A DNA stretch of 59,529 bases, counting the filler, from Asterionella formosa (lineage: Eukaryota): the NCBI GenBank assembly GCA_002256025.1. It is 4 parts of 4 records of this genome, joined end to end, with 100 filler letters (N's around TTAATTAATTAA, not from the genome) between each part and the next. Parts side by side here need not be neighbours in the genome. Positions count along the whole stretch, not along the records: positions 29,861 to 44,650 come from NKIB01005742.1; positions 44,751 to 59,529 come from NKIB01005752.1; 2 more parts are not named here. One strand, given 5' to 3'. Position numbers and translations under genes: made by a program. Positions 34,942 to 46,937 of the stretch are shown here, one piece after another; position 1 is the first letter of the stretch, and the number at the start of each line of letters is the position of its first letter. Under the pieces are notes generated by a model. The model was not told where the DNA came from and searched no databases. It saw only the letters and a program-made list of their open reading frames with translations.

Positions 34942-35675
34942 GTTTCATTCTTGTTTTTCAATAGAGTCGAGTGATGTGCGCTGATCATTGCCAGTATGCT
35001 GCCACCACCGGCAGTTTTGTTTGAAATTGTATTATCATCATCCTATCATAGAGACTTCCAATATTATATGATCAAATATTGAAATGTTCTACGGCTACCG
35101 GATACGATATGTACCGGCCGTACATACACGTATCATGGAGACATGCATGTGCGGCGTAATCATAATAGATATATGCATACTGTAAAGCCTGGTTTTTCCA
35201 TCGTACTCCTCAATGTACACAGCCATCACGACTGATTTTACTTTTACAAGAAATTGGATCTTTTTTGATCATCAAACATTATGAAAAAACCAACTTCGTC
35301 ACCACTGTTTTCTCAATTCCCTAAAACATAATTAGCAACATCAAAAGATATATTGTTTTAGGTTAAATCGGTTTCTAGGATCAATTGAATTTCCATTTTT
35401 GGAGCACTGCTGGTGCAACCAAATTTCATGATGACTTCAACAGTAATTTCTAGAGTGTGTGGAATTCTTTACCCTGGAAGGTCCGGTAATCAGCAAATTG
35501 CGCGCACTATATACAAAAATTCCACGTAGCAGTTTCAACCTACTTCATTGGAAGTCTGTCCGGCTCACCAATTCCGAAATGATGAAAATCTCAACTTATT
35601 TCAATTTATTTAGATTAGTACCTGTAACTGTTATAAACTTTCAAACGGAAAAGCGCTGCCACCTTTCACCGCAGA

Positions 35676-35812
35676 ATCGCTGACTACCAACTTCAACTTG
35701 CTGACTGCGGACTTCTTGTTGCTAACTGCTGACTTGATTTGCTGAAAATTTGAAATATTCGCTGACTGCTGACTTCGTTTGCTGACTGCTAACTTCAATA
35801 TGCTGACGTCAA
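35676..35812. repeat. Array of ~20 bp GCTGACTGCTrACTT units (probable subterminal repeats of a transposon)
   Basis: GCTGACT/GCTAACT...ACTT repeated at ~20 bp spacing. Confidence 0.75.
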
Positions 35813-36169
35813 AGAAGCTACTTTGTACATAGGAAGAGACCAACTACCGTTACCGGTGTACGAATCGTGTCTACTGTTCATAAGAAACATCAGGACCAAA
35901 ATGGGATCATTGCGACCTGATAACCATAAATTCGTGAGCGCATGACAAGAAAGTGAGCACTGGATGTGCTTAATTTCGACTAGCATCTTCGGCTTAAGAA
36001 GCCGACTTGAGCTATTGCTCCAGCAATGCTCGATCACGACTCCGGACATTCGGTCGACTTACACAGAAGTAGTATGTTCGTACACCTGTAGTACAGTTGG
36101 TTCGAATTGGTCGTCTCGCAATCGAAGGTTCTACGACTTGGATCGTGATAGAAATTGAGGTTAGCCAAC

Positions 36170-37430
36170 CAAATCATTTTCTGCAGAATCATCAGCACAA
36201 CAACCAAAAAATATCTCTGCATCAGACAGAAGCAAAATATTGTTGCGAAAGCATACAGCAAGGCTAACAATATCAGGGTGACCTCCAGAGCATAATTGTC
36301 TCAGCCAAAGCAGATCCAGATCTGGAAGTCCATGATGGATGGTGCAATGTATGTGATTCTGGCAGTAGTAGCAGAGATTCCCCATGATGCAGGAAGAATT
36401 TTTGATTCAGAGGCAGGTGTTGATGAAAAAAATCACTCACCCAGGCCGCTCTCCAAAAAGTGATGCTCAGTTCGAAGGCTTGAAGTCTCGTTATAATCAC
36501 CAGTTGCGGCCTCAAGATAGGGCCGGAGCCACTAGGATGCTCTCAGTGTTGAGCTTAAGAGGCAACCTGGGAACGAAAATGTGTCTTTGAAGGCACTTGA
36601 AAAACGGATCAAACGCTGGCTTGTGCATAAGAAGGACATCGTCATCCAATGTATGACTCATTTCGCCCAAAATACAAGACTGGATGGGTGTAAGATTCGG
36701 GATTTTTTTCCTACATTAGCAATCAAATTGCTGCGTTCGATTTTCCTGCTGAAAGCATAGTCAATATTGGTCAATTTTGAGATGTTTGGATCAAGGACTT
36801 TGGCAAACCATCGCGAAAGGACGATTAGGCTTCGAACAACAGGGAACTAGAATCGTTGCACTGTGTTGTTAGGTGTGAAAATGAGGGGTGAAAAAATGCC
36901 ACCATTCATTGTATTTACAAGAACAAGGGATGGAAGTATTGCCAGGCAATTGTATTTCTAGACAAAATTCAACAACTTTTCCGGTAGGTGTTAAATATGC
37001 TTGTCAACCCAAAGCTTGGTTGATACCACAGACATATTCTTAAAATAGATCGAACATTTTGGCATGCATTTGCGTTGGGAAAAGGCGGTGAGCCTACTCA
37101 CCTTCTTATGAATAATTTAACTGTCCACAAGGTAGGACTTTATGTGTCGATGCAATTGAAAAATTGCGGCATTGAGGTTGATTATTTCTTCCAGGCTACA
37201 CTTATAGACTTCAAGTGTTGGATATTGGAGTAAATGAGCCCTTCAAGGAATACATGTTTGAACTCTGTAAAGACTACATGATCGCCAATGTGAATAATGC
37301 AAAGGTGGTGCAAAGGCACCACCACATTGCACAGTGGGTAAATATGGCATGGTGGGCAAGGGTCTCAATTGAAACAATCGCCAATACCTGTAGGAGCATT
37401 GGATTTGAGGGCTTTGCTGCTGTTAACTAG
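36170..37430 (+). pseudogene. pogo/Tigger (DDE_1) transposase, decayed
   Basis: RCTVLLGV...GEKMPPFIVF, CQPKAWFD, PGYT..LQVLDIGVNEPFK, IAQWVNMAW. Confidence 0.82.
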
Positions 37431-37688
37431 TCAATTAGTATGGGATCATATCTTTTGAAAATCTATTTTAACATTTAGTTTTAGTGAAACAATCATTATG
37501 GTCAATTAGATTCATGATGGTAAACACTGATACCTAGTCAAATAAATTAAGTTGACGACTAAAAAAAACTAAAACCAAGTGATTATAATGTTGAATATGC
37601 TAATTTCTAATACGATTATTAATGTTCTAATGTAGATTTATTGAAGGAATTAATGGCCTGTCCAGTTTTTGTAACATCTATTCCTGAA

Positions 37689-38080
37689 TCAGGATGTCCT
37701 CGGCTCGAGAAACCGGAATGAACAAACTCCAAGGTTATTGTTACTTTTTGCCCCTTTGTCAGCATTTTCAATACAGTCATACAGCTCAATGACTTGAGCA
37801 AGCTTCTTGACAAGATTGTCACTTGTTTTCTTCAAAGCTGCAATATTCTTGCCAAGGAAACCAACTGTGCACAGTTCCGTCCCATCAAGAATCAGATCAG
37901 CCTTGATCCATGCCTGATCAAATCCATCAATTGGGACCACTGATGCCTTGAATCGTACACAATCATTAGGCCTCTCGATTGTCCCACAACAGGCATGCTG
38001 CTCACAGCTTCTTCCATTGGTAGTACCTCTGAGGCCAAGGATTTCGCTATCACGAATGCCGTCCACGATTCTCATGTTGC
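37689..38080 (-). CDS. Cys/His-containing hypothetical protein convergent with the pogo transposase (possibly HIRAN-like)
   Basis: EILGL..TTNGRSCEQHACCG...IKA..I.DG...CTVGFL...LAQVIELY; open frame. Confidence 0.5.
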
Positions 38081-39238
38081 TATATGAATATATGTGACGA
38101 TATCTCAAAGGTGTATGTAACGATAAACTAATAGTTTCGGAGCACCAGGAATTCCTAATTTACGTTTTCCATATGAAGTTATCTCTTCTTTATGGCGAAA
38201 AAAACGAAAACGCAATGATATGTTAAATGAATCTTTTTGGTGATCATACTAAACCAGTTTTCTAGCTGAGGAATATTCTCATACCTGTATAAGTATTTTA
38301 AAAAGGTGATGCTTGTTCAATAGAGTAAACGTGAAAATATCAAATTTTTTGCAGTTTTGCATCAACAGCACCTTTGGGCGATAACACCTAATTAACATTT
38401 AAATACAAGCATGTAAGTATCTACTCACTATATAAATCTGAACAACTCGTTCCTGACAATAAATAGCGTAACTTGCAAACTAAGTTCAAACTGTGCGTTT
38501 ACTCCATTAAGTGGTGGTTTACAGTTCAAAAGTCGCCATCATAGCAGTGCCTTACAGTTTTTAAGTGGTATAGTCATGATACATGTATGGTATCGGCAAA
38601 CACCCAAGAAAATGTTAGATGTTTCTCCAGTGTGGCCAGCATGGGTTTGCAAGACCTCGCAAACCCAAGACTCCTTTACCAATGATGACTTTCAGCAATT
38701 AGTGTTTCTGATTCCCATATTTTGGAGACTGTCGCTAAGGCTGTTTTTGTCGAATTTTTGGACAACGATTGCTATACATTGGCCAGGTTGCTAGAAGAAG
38801 AATTAAATACATCTAGGTAATCTTCATATAGTACCCCAGAATTTAACTTTGGCAAGAAAGTGCAGAGAAAGAAACGTCGGTTTTTTTGCTATGCCAAATA
38901 AACTGTTTGGCCAGGTAAAATCCACTATTTCAGCATAGATATAAGACAGAAGTTTCTTTCAGCACTTTCTCCCCAGATTTTTTCATATCCATTGCTGAAT
39001 CAATTTTTTAACCCTACCTCGAGCTAGGGGTTCAAATGTGTAAATGCAGGAACCTTAAGCATTAAGCAATGTTTTTATATATATGTGACCCTGAAAAACA
39101 GGCCATTCAATACTGGAATCGCAACAGCTGCTAGAATTGTAATGAGTCTGAATAACGTGTAACTGCACTTCAGATAGGAAGTTCCATCAGTTATTAGTAT
39201 ACCGGAAGTAAACTACAGTAAATTGTGACCAACAAATC

Positions 39239-39867
39239 TTAGCGTCGCTTGGTCGGCCCACCTCGTGTCAACGAAGCTACCTTGGCTTGAGAGACCGAGT
39301 TGCTGGCAGAATCTGTGGAGGATGCTTTTGGAGTCGGTTTCTTTCCAGGTCGTGGCAATTTGCATCCCAGTTGTTTTTCTAATTTTGTGATAATTTGTGG
39401 ATTTGGAATGGCTTTCGAGGATTCATAGTCGGCCACAACTTGAGGTTTCTCGTTGATCAAAGTGGCCAGGTCCTTTTGAGTTAATTTTTTGGCCATTCGA
39501 GCTTGCATGATGGCCTTGGCGAGTTCTTTATCGACTTTTTGGATTTTGACGACATCGTCTGACTCTTCCAGTTTTTTCGTCGACATGATCGTGGCAGAAT
39601 GAGCGGAAGCATTTCCACCTGCACCGTACCTTAGAAGAACAAGCGCAAGCACAGACAAAATTTGTAAGAGGAGTGCAACAAATATACAAGGCAACCATCC
39701 GACAAGGTTACTCTCGCTCACCTCTTTTCCGTCACCATGGTCCCTGCGGCCTTGGCCTGTGTAATGGCACGTGCCGTTTTCGGAACCGCCGTCGTTTTCA
39801 GGGTAGATCGTCCCACATTGGCAACATCCCAATCTTGACCACTTCCAGGATTGTAACTGCTAGGCAT
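39239..39867 (-). CDS. MBF1: Multiprotein bridging factor 1, 2 exons, 178 aa
   Basis: Exons 39867-39722 and 39629-39239; GQDWD N-terminal motif; HTH IMQARMAKKLTQKDLATLINEKPQVVADYESSKAIPN. Confidence 0.95.
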
Positions 39868-40722
39868 TTTGGAGGAAGAAAAGTAGGGAGACTGCTGTGA
39901 ACGGTTGACGAAGAATTGGTTTATTTGATTATTTAATGTGTTGTGTCAATCGATCACTCGTCGGTCACTCCAGCCGTCGTCCTACATATGGCGTATGATG
40001 TTGACTGGAATCATATGGATTTATGTATACACCAGTGGGGTGTACAGAGTAGACTCCTACCAAGGAATCATCGAAGAACATCCTCGGGTACTACCTTCTA
40101 CCAGGTGTACCAGGTAGGTACCGCTATGAGAAGTACTTAGATGATACATATCGACTGTCCATCGACAGTTGTCTATTGGCGTACCGTGTATTATTACAAT
40201 CATATAAAATAACATGGATATCATCTATTCCAGTACCGGTATATCGAGATCATGGGGCAGTACTGATATGTATACAGGGCGGAATAATATGATTGATGAC
40301 GAGCGAAGGCAGAGGAGGATTGTTTGCTTCATGTGGATGCAGTCGGGTGGATCATGATTCATGTCAAAAGTGAGGAGGAGGGCGAGCAGAATCCGGCTGA
40401 TACCAGAGACGGAAACCATAACATGATTATCTACCATTCCATTGCTTGTCATTTACGCGAAGACAGATATAAAGTGACAACCCTATACCAGGTACCTTAC
40501 CAGGGTATAACAGAAGGCAGATCTAAACGTAATCAGGCCTTTTGAGAACCTGGGTCACGGTTGTTTGCTGAGAGTTTTGATAAAGCAGACAACGTGATAC
40601 CTTCTATTTATGCCGGATTCTCTCTGTCGAACCAAGTATCGGCCTTTGAGTGTAGAGCCTTCTCATCAACGAAACTAAGACGTCGAAAGAACCCATCTAA
40701 TTCATACAAATCATCCCCCAGC

Positions 40723-41292
40723 ATGAGCACAACCGACCTGACACAAACTGGGGGTCGTTCACTTGACGCCATCAACAGGAATATGCCGTTGCGAATGGTG
40801 TCCAAGGTAGTTCGAGGATTCGGAAGGGGTTCGTCAGATCTTGGCATTCCAACTGCCAATCTTAGCAGTGAAGAGGGCTCCTTCGGAGAAAACACATTTG
40901 ATAGCTTACCAACAGGCATTTATTGGGGGTTTGCTCGCATAGGACAGGAACGCGAGGTATACAAAGCAGCGGTATCCATTGGATACAACCCTACCTATGG
41001 AAACGAAAAAAAGACGGTGGAGCCCCATCTTATTGCACGTCCTGGAGATAGTGGAAGACATGCATCATCCTGCGGAGAGAGTGTGTTGAGGGACTTTTAT
41101 GACGAGCCTATTCGAGTTTCTGTGGTGGGATACATGCGACCCGAGCTTCCCTTTGAAGGCCTTGACAAGTTGATAGCTGCTATCAAGAATGACATTGTCA
41201 ATACGGAAAGACTATGTGATGGGAACGATCCATTGACTATTCAAGAGAAAGAATGGGTTGAATCAAATGCGTCCATTCCGTCATCAGCGTGA
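40723..41292 (+). CDS. RFK: Riboflavin kinase (monofunctional)
   Basis: GFGRGSSDLGIPTAN, GIYWGFA, SIGYNP.Y, VEPH, DFY, GYMRPE, LIAAIKND. Confidence 0.95.
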   Translation: MSTTDLTQTGGRSLDAINRNMPLRMVSKVVRGFGRGSSDLGIPTANLSSEEGSFGENTFDSLPTGIYWGFARIGQEREVYKAAVSIGYNPTYGNEKKTVEPHLIARPGDSGRHASSCGESVLRDFYDEPIRVSVVGYMRPELPFEGLDKLIAAIKNDIVNTERLCDGNDPLTIQEKEWVESNASIPSSA

Positions 41293-41363
41293 ACACAACA
41301 GCTTGAAAAGTGGGCAGCGTAGAACTTCGTCTTAACTAATGTTTTTACCCTTAGTCAAGTGAC

Positions 41364-42491
41364 CTAATAGGGTGATCTAGACACCTTCGTCTTGCTTCGC
41401 CGTATCGGACCACCTGCATCTGGTCGTGCACCATCAAATGCTACGCTGCTAGTTCCAACTGCGTTTCCCCCATTCTTATTCCATTCACACAGTCGAGCGT
41501 CTTCGCCAACTGTTACAAACGTTGTCGCCGATAAATTGCACCAAGATCGAATATCTCCTCGATGGCCACCTTCAAGTACATATTGCACTGAAATCAAACT
41601 TGCTTCCACTTTGAACATACCTCCATCACCCGCATGATTACCGGCCAACAACGTCAGTTGCTGCTTGGGATCATCCCAGTAACAATTTACCAAGTAATCT
41701 ATTGGCACATTGCCACATAAATCACTTAAATTTTCTCGAACGTTCGATCCAAAGTCACAAATTCTTTGCGCAGAGTCATGGTGCCATACACTCATCGTTT
41801 CACTGCCGGTCAAGCAAAAGATTCCTTCCAACGATGGTCCAAAGAAGCCCACTTCACGGAGGGGTGTTTGCACATTCAATACACTTTTGAGAGCTGCTTC
41901 CTCAGACGGTTGGCTAGTGTCAAAAATGCAGGAGAGTCCGTCTTCCGATGCAGACACCAATAGAGGGGACGTATTGGATTGAAATCTGACTCGCGTCACT
42001 TCTTCTGTGTGACTATCTTGGTACGACCCTAGCAAAATCCCACCACTTCGGATGTCGAAGAAATGCACATGTGCCTTGGCTCCTCCTACAGCTGCCAGAG
42101 CACCATCGTATCCCAGTGCGACGGTAAGAGCGGCTTCCTTTCTCGGCAACATAACTGTTAGAGCAGGTTTTGCTGCTTGTCTCACATCATATAGGACAAC
42201 TTGTCCGCCCATACCAGAAGCACACAATAGGTTAGGGCCACCACCCACTTGTAAATCCGTTACCAATTCATTTCCGTGAGTATTGGAAAAGGTATGAATA
42301 GGTTCGAGGCGTTCTTTGTCGTAAATCTTGACATCTCCGTTTGACAAGGCGCAACTGAGCCATTGCTCGGAGGAACAAACAAAAAGGACCCAGATACCTT
42401 GTTCATAAGCGTCGTCTCCAGCGGATGCTCGGGCCTCAAAGGTTGTCACGGCTGTGCGGCATGGATGCAATGACGCATTAGGAGCACTCAT
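41364..42491 (-). CDS. WDR89: WD40-repeat protein, WDR89-like
   Basis: YQDSHTEEVTRVRF, SASEDGL, EEAAL, CLTGSET, GGHRGDIR, GEDARLCEW. Confidence 0.8.
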   Translation of the reverse strand: MSAPNASLHPCRTAVTTFEARASAGDDAYEQGIWVLFVCSSEQWLSCALSNGDVKIYDKERLEPIHTFSNTHGNELVTDLQVGGGPNLLCASGMGGQVVLYDVRQAAKPALTVMLPRKEAALTVALGYDGALAAVGGAKAHVHFFDIRSGGILLGSYQDSHTEEVTRVRFQSNTSPLLVSASEDGLSCIFDTSQPSEEAALKSVLNVQTPLREVGFFGPSLEGIFCLTGSETMSVWHHDSAQRICDFGSNVRENLSDLCGNVPIDYLVNCYWDDPKQQLTLLAGNHAGDGGMFKVEASLISVQYVLEGGHRGDIRSWCNLSATTFVTVGEDARLCEWNKNGGNAVGTSSVAFDGARPDAGGPIRRSKTKVSRSPY

Positions 42492-43729
42492 AATTGAAAA
42501 TGCAATGTGGAACACATCAGATTGAATTGATCAGCCATCACTTTTGTATGGCTGGAATGTTAGGCCAACATGCGGTGCTCGCCCACCGGTACCACGTAGT
42601 AACCAGGGTACCTGGTACTCCAATTAGTCTACCACACAATGTGAAATACTAAGGCAGAAGCAAATAAGAACTGACGACCAGCACCCTCGAATTAATTAAT
42701 CGATAATTAGCTAAAGTATTTTTCTACCGGTATACCAAAACATTTTCGTATTGATTGTAATATATATGAGTCATAGGATTTTGTGGTGTACTGTACCTAC
42801 CGGTAGGTAACAACTCTGATACCTGGTACAAGGTTCAAGTGTGGCTGGCGTGATTTTACAAGATCGGAATACAGTACTTCAGCCAATCTGGAGCAGGTGA
42901 GTAAATTGTATAAGAAGCCTGACAGGCTATGGCCAGGATGATATGTTAGTCATGAGAAGGGAAAGCACTCCTGTGTTAGAACATCAAGGAGACAGGGGGG
43001 ACAGCAAGTAAGGCTAATCGATGGATAGAAGGAAAATGTAAAATTGGATGGCCATTTGGGAAAATTTTGAAATGAGATCCTTTGCAATGGGCGGAAGAAA
43101 TTCTGGGGTACTATCCAGATAGGGGTATGATAAGAGAGCAAGTTAGTAGGACCTGGGAAGAAAGAACAGATGTAGTATCAGAAGCTGTGTAGAGACTTTT
43201 GGTTAGTTTGATATGAGAAGCCTGGGAGGTGATGATGGCCAGGTTGAAATGTAGGAAGCCATGAGAAAGTGAAAGATTTTTGGCGAAATCCAGAGACTGC
43301 AGGGTATCCTGGGAGATTCGAGGTATTTGGAAGAGGGGCGGTGAGGGAAGAGGGAGTGTCTCATAAGGGATGTGAAGGGGGGAGATTAAGGGTGTGATGC
43401 TTGAAGTCTGCGCCAGGTCAAGCTTGACTGGCGCCGATTGTTTTTTCTAGTCGAGTCTTGAGTCTTGCTGGCTGTTGTTTGGAGCATAGTAGGGAAGGTG
43501 GGATGGTGATCATTAACATCCACAGAAAAGTCGCTTTCAGGCGGGGCACAGGGAGCGGTGCTGGCGAAAAGAGCGAAGAGGAGTCAGCAGGAGCAGCATA
43601 GAAGCGGCTGTAGGCCGAGCACTTTAATAATTCAATTGATATTGGGCTGGTAACCCGGAAAGTTAAAAATTGCGTTGTTGAAGAAGTACATTATGTTTAT
43701 ATATTTATACTTATACAAAATTTTAGGTA

Positions 43730-44510
43730 TGTAAATTCACCTCCATTGTCATGTATACAACGTTCTGGACGGGGATATCTGGCTAACCAATCATTTTCAA
43801 ATTTCCATCGCAATATATTCTGATGTTTTGTTATTGATACATGAAATTTCTGCCAAATTGGTGACCATATCCATACAAGTTAGAGCACGAAATTCAATTG
43901 CTTGAGAAGCCACTGTTATCTTCCATGGACCAATTAAATCTACTGCGACTTCTGACCATGGTAATAACAATGCATTCCTGGGTGGAAGTTCACCAAAACC
44001 AGTACCAGGTAATTTTGTACGTTGGCATGCTTCATATACTCTTACAATATGTTCCACTCTTGCTTTTAATGTAGGGTGATAAAAATGTGTAGCGATTGTA
44101 GCATTTAATCTTGTCATACCCACATGAGCTAACATCTGATGATACCAATTAATAATAGGATCCAATAATGATGTAGGAATAGCAATACGCCAAGAAGTAT
44201 CTCCTGGATTCTTCACAAAACATATTAAAAATATATCATGAAAATTGATAGAGGGAAATTTTAACGGATGTGTTTGTTGATTGAGAATCAATTGTATATC
44301 CAGCAATTGTCTATCATGGATTAAATTATAATCCAGAGGATATTGAATATTGTTTGTCAAGATTGGATGATTAAGGAAACAGATAAGCAAAGGTTCATCA
44401 TCTAATTCAATTGAAAAGGTAGAAATGGATGTTGATGCTGGAGATTTCGGTCCAATATCATCCCCCACCAAAGACTGAAGCCTCGGGAGGCGAGATATGG
44501 AATCTGCAAT
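43730..44510 (-). mobile_element. Ty3/gypsy LTR-retrotransposon pol fragment (end of RNase H, integrase Zn finger, start of rve)
   Basis: ADSISRL, WYH..L.H.G..R, CQ..K, PW.EVAVDLIGPW; after a frameshift WLARYPRPERCIHDNGGEF. Confidence 0.9.
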
Positions 44511-44650
44511 AGCACATCTAAGCCGCGAAATACGCCACTTTTCGAAATTTCGTCTACGTATGAGTGTTAATTATGTGGTACTTCACATGCATTAATGCCA
44601 CTCTTCACGTAAAAAAGATTACTTTTAACGGTTTCATGTGAAGTTTTAAC

Positions 44651-44750
44651 NNNNNNNNNNNNNNNNNNNNNNNNNNNNNNNNNNNNNNNNNNNNTTAATT
44701 AATTAANNNNNNNNNNNNNNNNNNNNNNNNNNNNNNNNNNNNNNNNNNNN
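44651..44750. other. Artificial contig linker
   Basis: N44-TTAATTAATTAA-N44. Confidence 0.98.
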
Positions 44751-44960
44751 TATTGGAACCCTTCGAACTATGGTACTGTTGATCCTTGGACTGTTGTCAA
44801 TGGATCTTACTACAATTCGGATGCCGTTGGACATGCTGATAGGTACTTTCATTTGGATGATGGCTATGGCATCGACCGCAATTACGGACATGCAGTTGTC
44901 TTTCATGATGGAGCTGGTACACGCATTGCATGTGGTGTATTGTCCATTATGGAACGTTAG
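44751..44960 (+). CDS. C-terminus of a Cu/Zn superoxide dismutase-fold protein (5' truncated by the contig start)
   Basis: Frame from 44751 reads YWNPSNYGTVDPW...SDAVGHA...GHAVVFHDGAGTRIACGVLSIMER*. Confidence 0.75.
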   Translation, partial: YWNPSNYGTVDPWTVVNGSYYNSDAVGHADRYFHLDDGYGIDRNYGHAVVFHDGAGTRIACGVLSIMER

Positions 44961-45161
44961 ATACAATACATGAGCGACTGAATGTTCCAATTTTGTGTTG
45001 CTTGATTAACAAAGTCCATACATACCTGTATTTTTCTTTATTATGTAAAAGTCCTTTGATTACTCTATATCACGTGCATACCGGTAGTATTAATGGTGTT
45101 ATTTATTTTCGTTTTGTCTTACCGGTACTCTGCAGTTCCTTCCTTTCAACAATACAGGTAA

Positions 45162-45865
45162 TTAATTGGCTTCGTCCAAATAATCTTGAATTTGAGCGGG
45201 TGTCAAAATAGCAAAGACGCCATTACGCACCACCCCCACTTCAATGTTCTCAGCATTCATTTCTCCTTCAAATCCTTCTCTCAGCGTCAAGAGCGCAGTA
45301 TGGATGGCATCTTCCAGTTCCATATCTTCCGAATATCTCTTTTCTAGAAATGACTTGGCATTGATATAGTTTTTCCCAATTGCCGTCGCCTTCCAAGCAA
45401 AGTACGCTCCCGACGGGTCAACTTGATACAATCGTGGCTCGTCATCTCCATCTGTCCCTGCCACCAAGAGCGACACCCCAAAGGGCCGGACACCTCCTGA
45501 TTGAGTATATTCTTGCATCACCCCCGCAATGCCCTTGACCAATTGCGAAATGGGTTGCACTTGCCCATAATGCAGTTTGTAGGCTTGCGATGATTTCCTT
45601 GCCTTGCGCACCAGCACTCGATAATCAGGCCCAACTCCACTGTAGCACACTCCGGAGCTAGGCGTGATGGCTTCTAATTTGTGTACGTGGGCAGCATCGA
45701 CTAATGGAGAAGAAAGCTTCTTGTCACTGGCAAGGACGACGCCATCCTTGGTGGCAATTCCCAACGAGGTCCTTCCATTGGCGACAGCATTCAATGCATA
45801 TTCAATTTGTAACAGTTTTCCAGTTCGAGAAAAGGTGGTCAAGGAGAAGGAGTATGCCGAGTCTG

Positions 45866-45899
<34 letters not shown>

Positions 45900-46020
45900 T
45901 ACACAGAGAAAGAGAGAGAACGAAAAGACCCATAGACACAGTTCCCTTTCAACACTGTAGGGGAAAGCAACGTCTATTCATTCTTCCATAGGAACACAAC
46001 CGAATGAACGTACCACCCAT
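45162..46020 (-). CDS. PSMA2: 20S proteasome subunit alpha type-2, 2 exons, 235 aa
   Basis: 7-nt first coding exon 46020-46014 (ATGGGTG) and exon 45862-45162; [38 protein letters not shown]. Confidence 0.96.
45866..45920. repeat. (GT)n(GA)n microsatellite in the PSMA2 intron
   Basis: Direct read. Confidence 0.9.
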
Positions 46021-46937
46021 GATTGTCGATAGTAAGACAGGACGATGAGGAAATGATGTATTGAAACGAGTCGACGATGAAGTATATTTGCTATTGGATC
46101 AAATAAAAAAGTTGACGAGATGGACTTGGGGAACTACATATGTAGGATCATTGCATTTATCAACTCCGGTTGCATCAGCCAAGCGAGCATATTGTTGGTA
46201 TGGTGATCACCTCTGTATGTTTGGCTACAACGACAAGAACGCACACTGAAAAAGATCCTGACCGAAGGAGATCGAAAAACTCAGTACTAGGCTGGGAACA
46301 CTACTACATATATTTTTACAAGTAGCAGACAAACAGACCCCACAACAGAATCCAAGAAGAAGCCAAAGCGGCTCCTTGATGGTCGTCATGTCGTGATCAC
46401 CTACCGGTATACCTGTACATCAGTTGTACGTAGATATCGACCGAGCAACACGCACATGCACCGCTAGAGGAACAAAATGGCAACCACACATATTTGCGAC
46501 GTGGAATCATGGGTCTGGAACCAACCAGACTACCTGTACTGTACCGTGTGCCTAAGAATACATACAGGTACCTTGTAACCATGCATGCAGCTCCACTAAG
46601 TCCCACGTTTCCACTTTTGCTTTTTGCTATTCTAAGGTAATAAAATCCAATATACTTCTGAATCCATACTCTCGGGTAGAGCTAACATACCGGTATATCC
46701 ATGTCGTACATCGATTAATTTGTTCGCCCTTTTCATATATATGTATATATAGGTATTATTAGAATGTACTCCGAGTATTAGCTACATACGGTACGAGAGT
46801 ATTTATTTCGGAACCACAGGCCAGAGCGATCGAAGAAGCTCTCGTGGTTGCGTTCCATTTAAATCCTACCGGTACCGGTAGTTGGCTTTCATTCAGGCAG
46901 TCGCCTCTCCTTCCTCACTGCAACTCCACCAGCAACC

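Noticed and set aside
24944..41292. Apparent riboflavin gene cluster (RibD-like plus riboflavin kinase)
   Set aside because: The genes are on different contigs separated by an artificial linker
42870..43640. Purine-rich tract next to the gypsy fragment as a possible LTR
   Set aside because: No second copy, termini or coding motifs recognised
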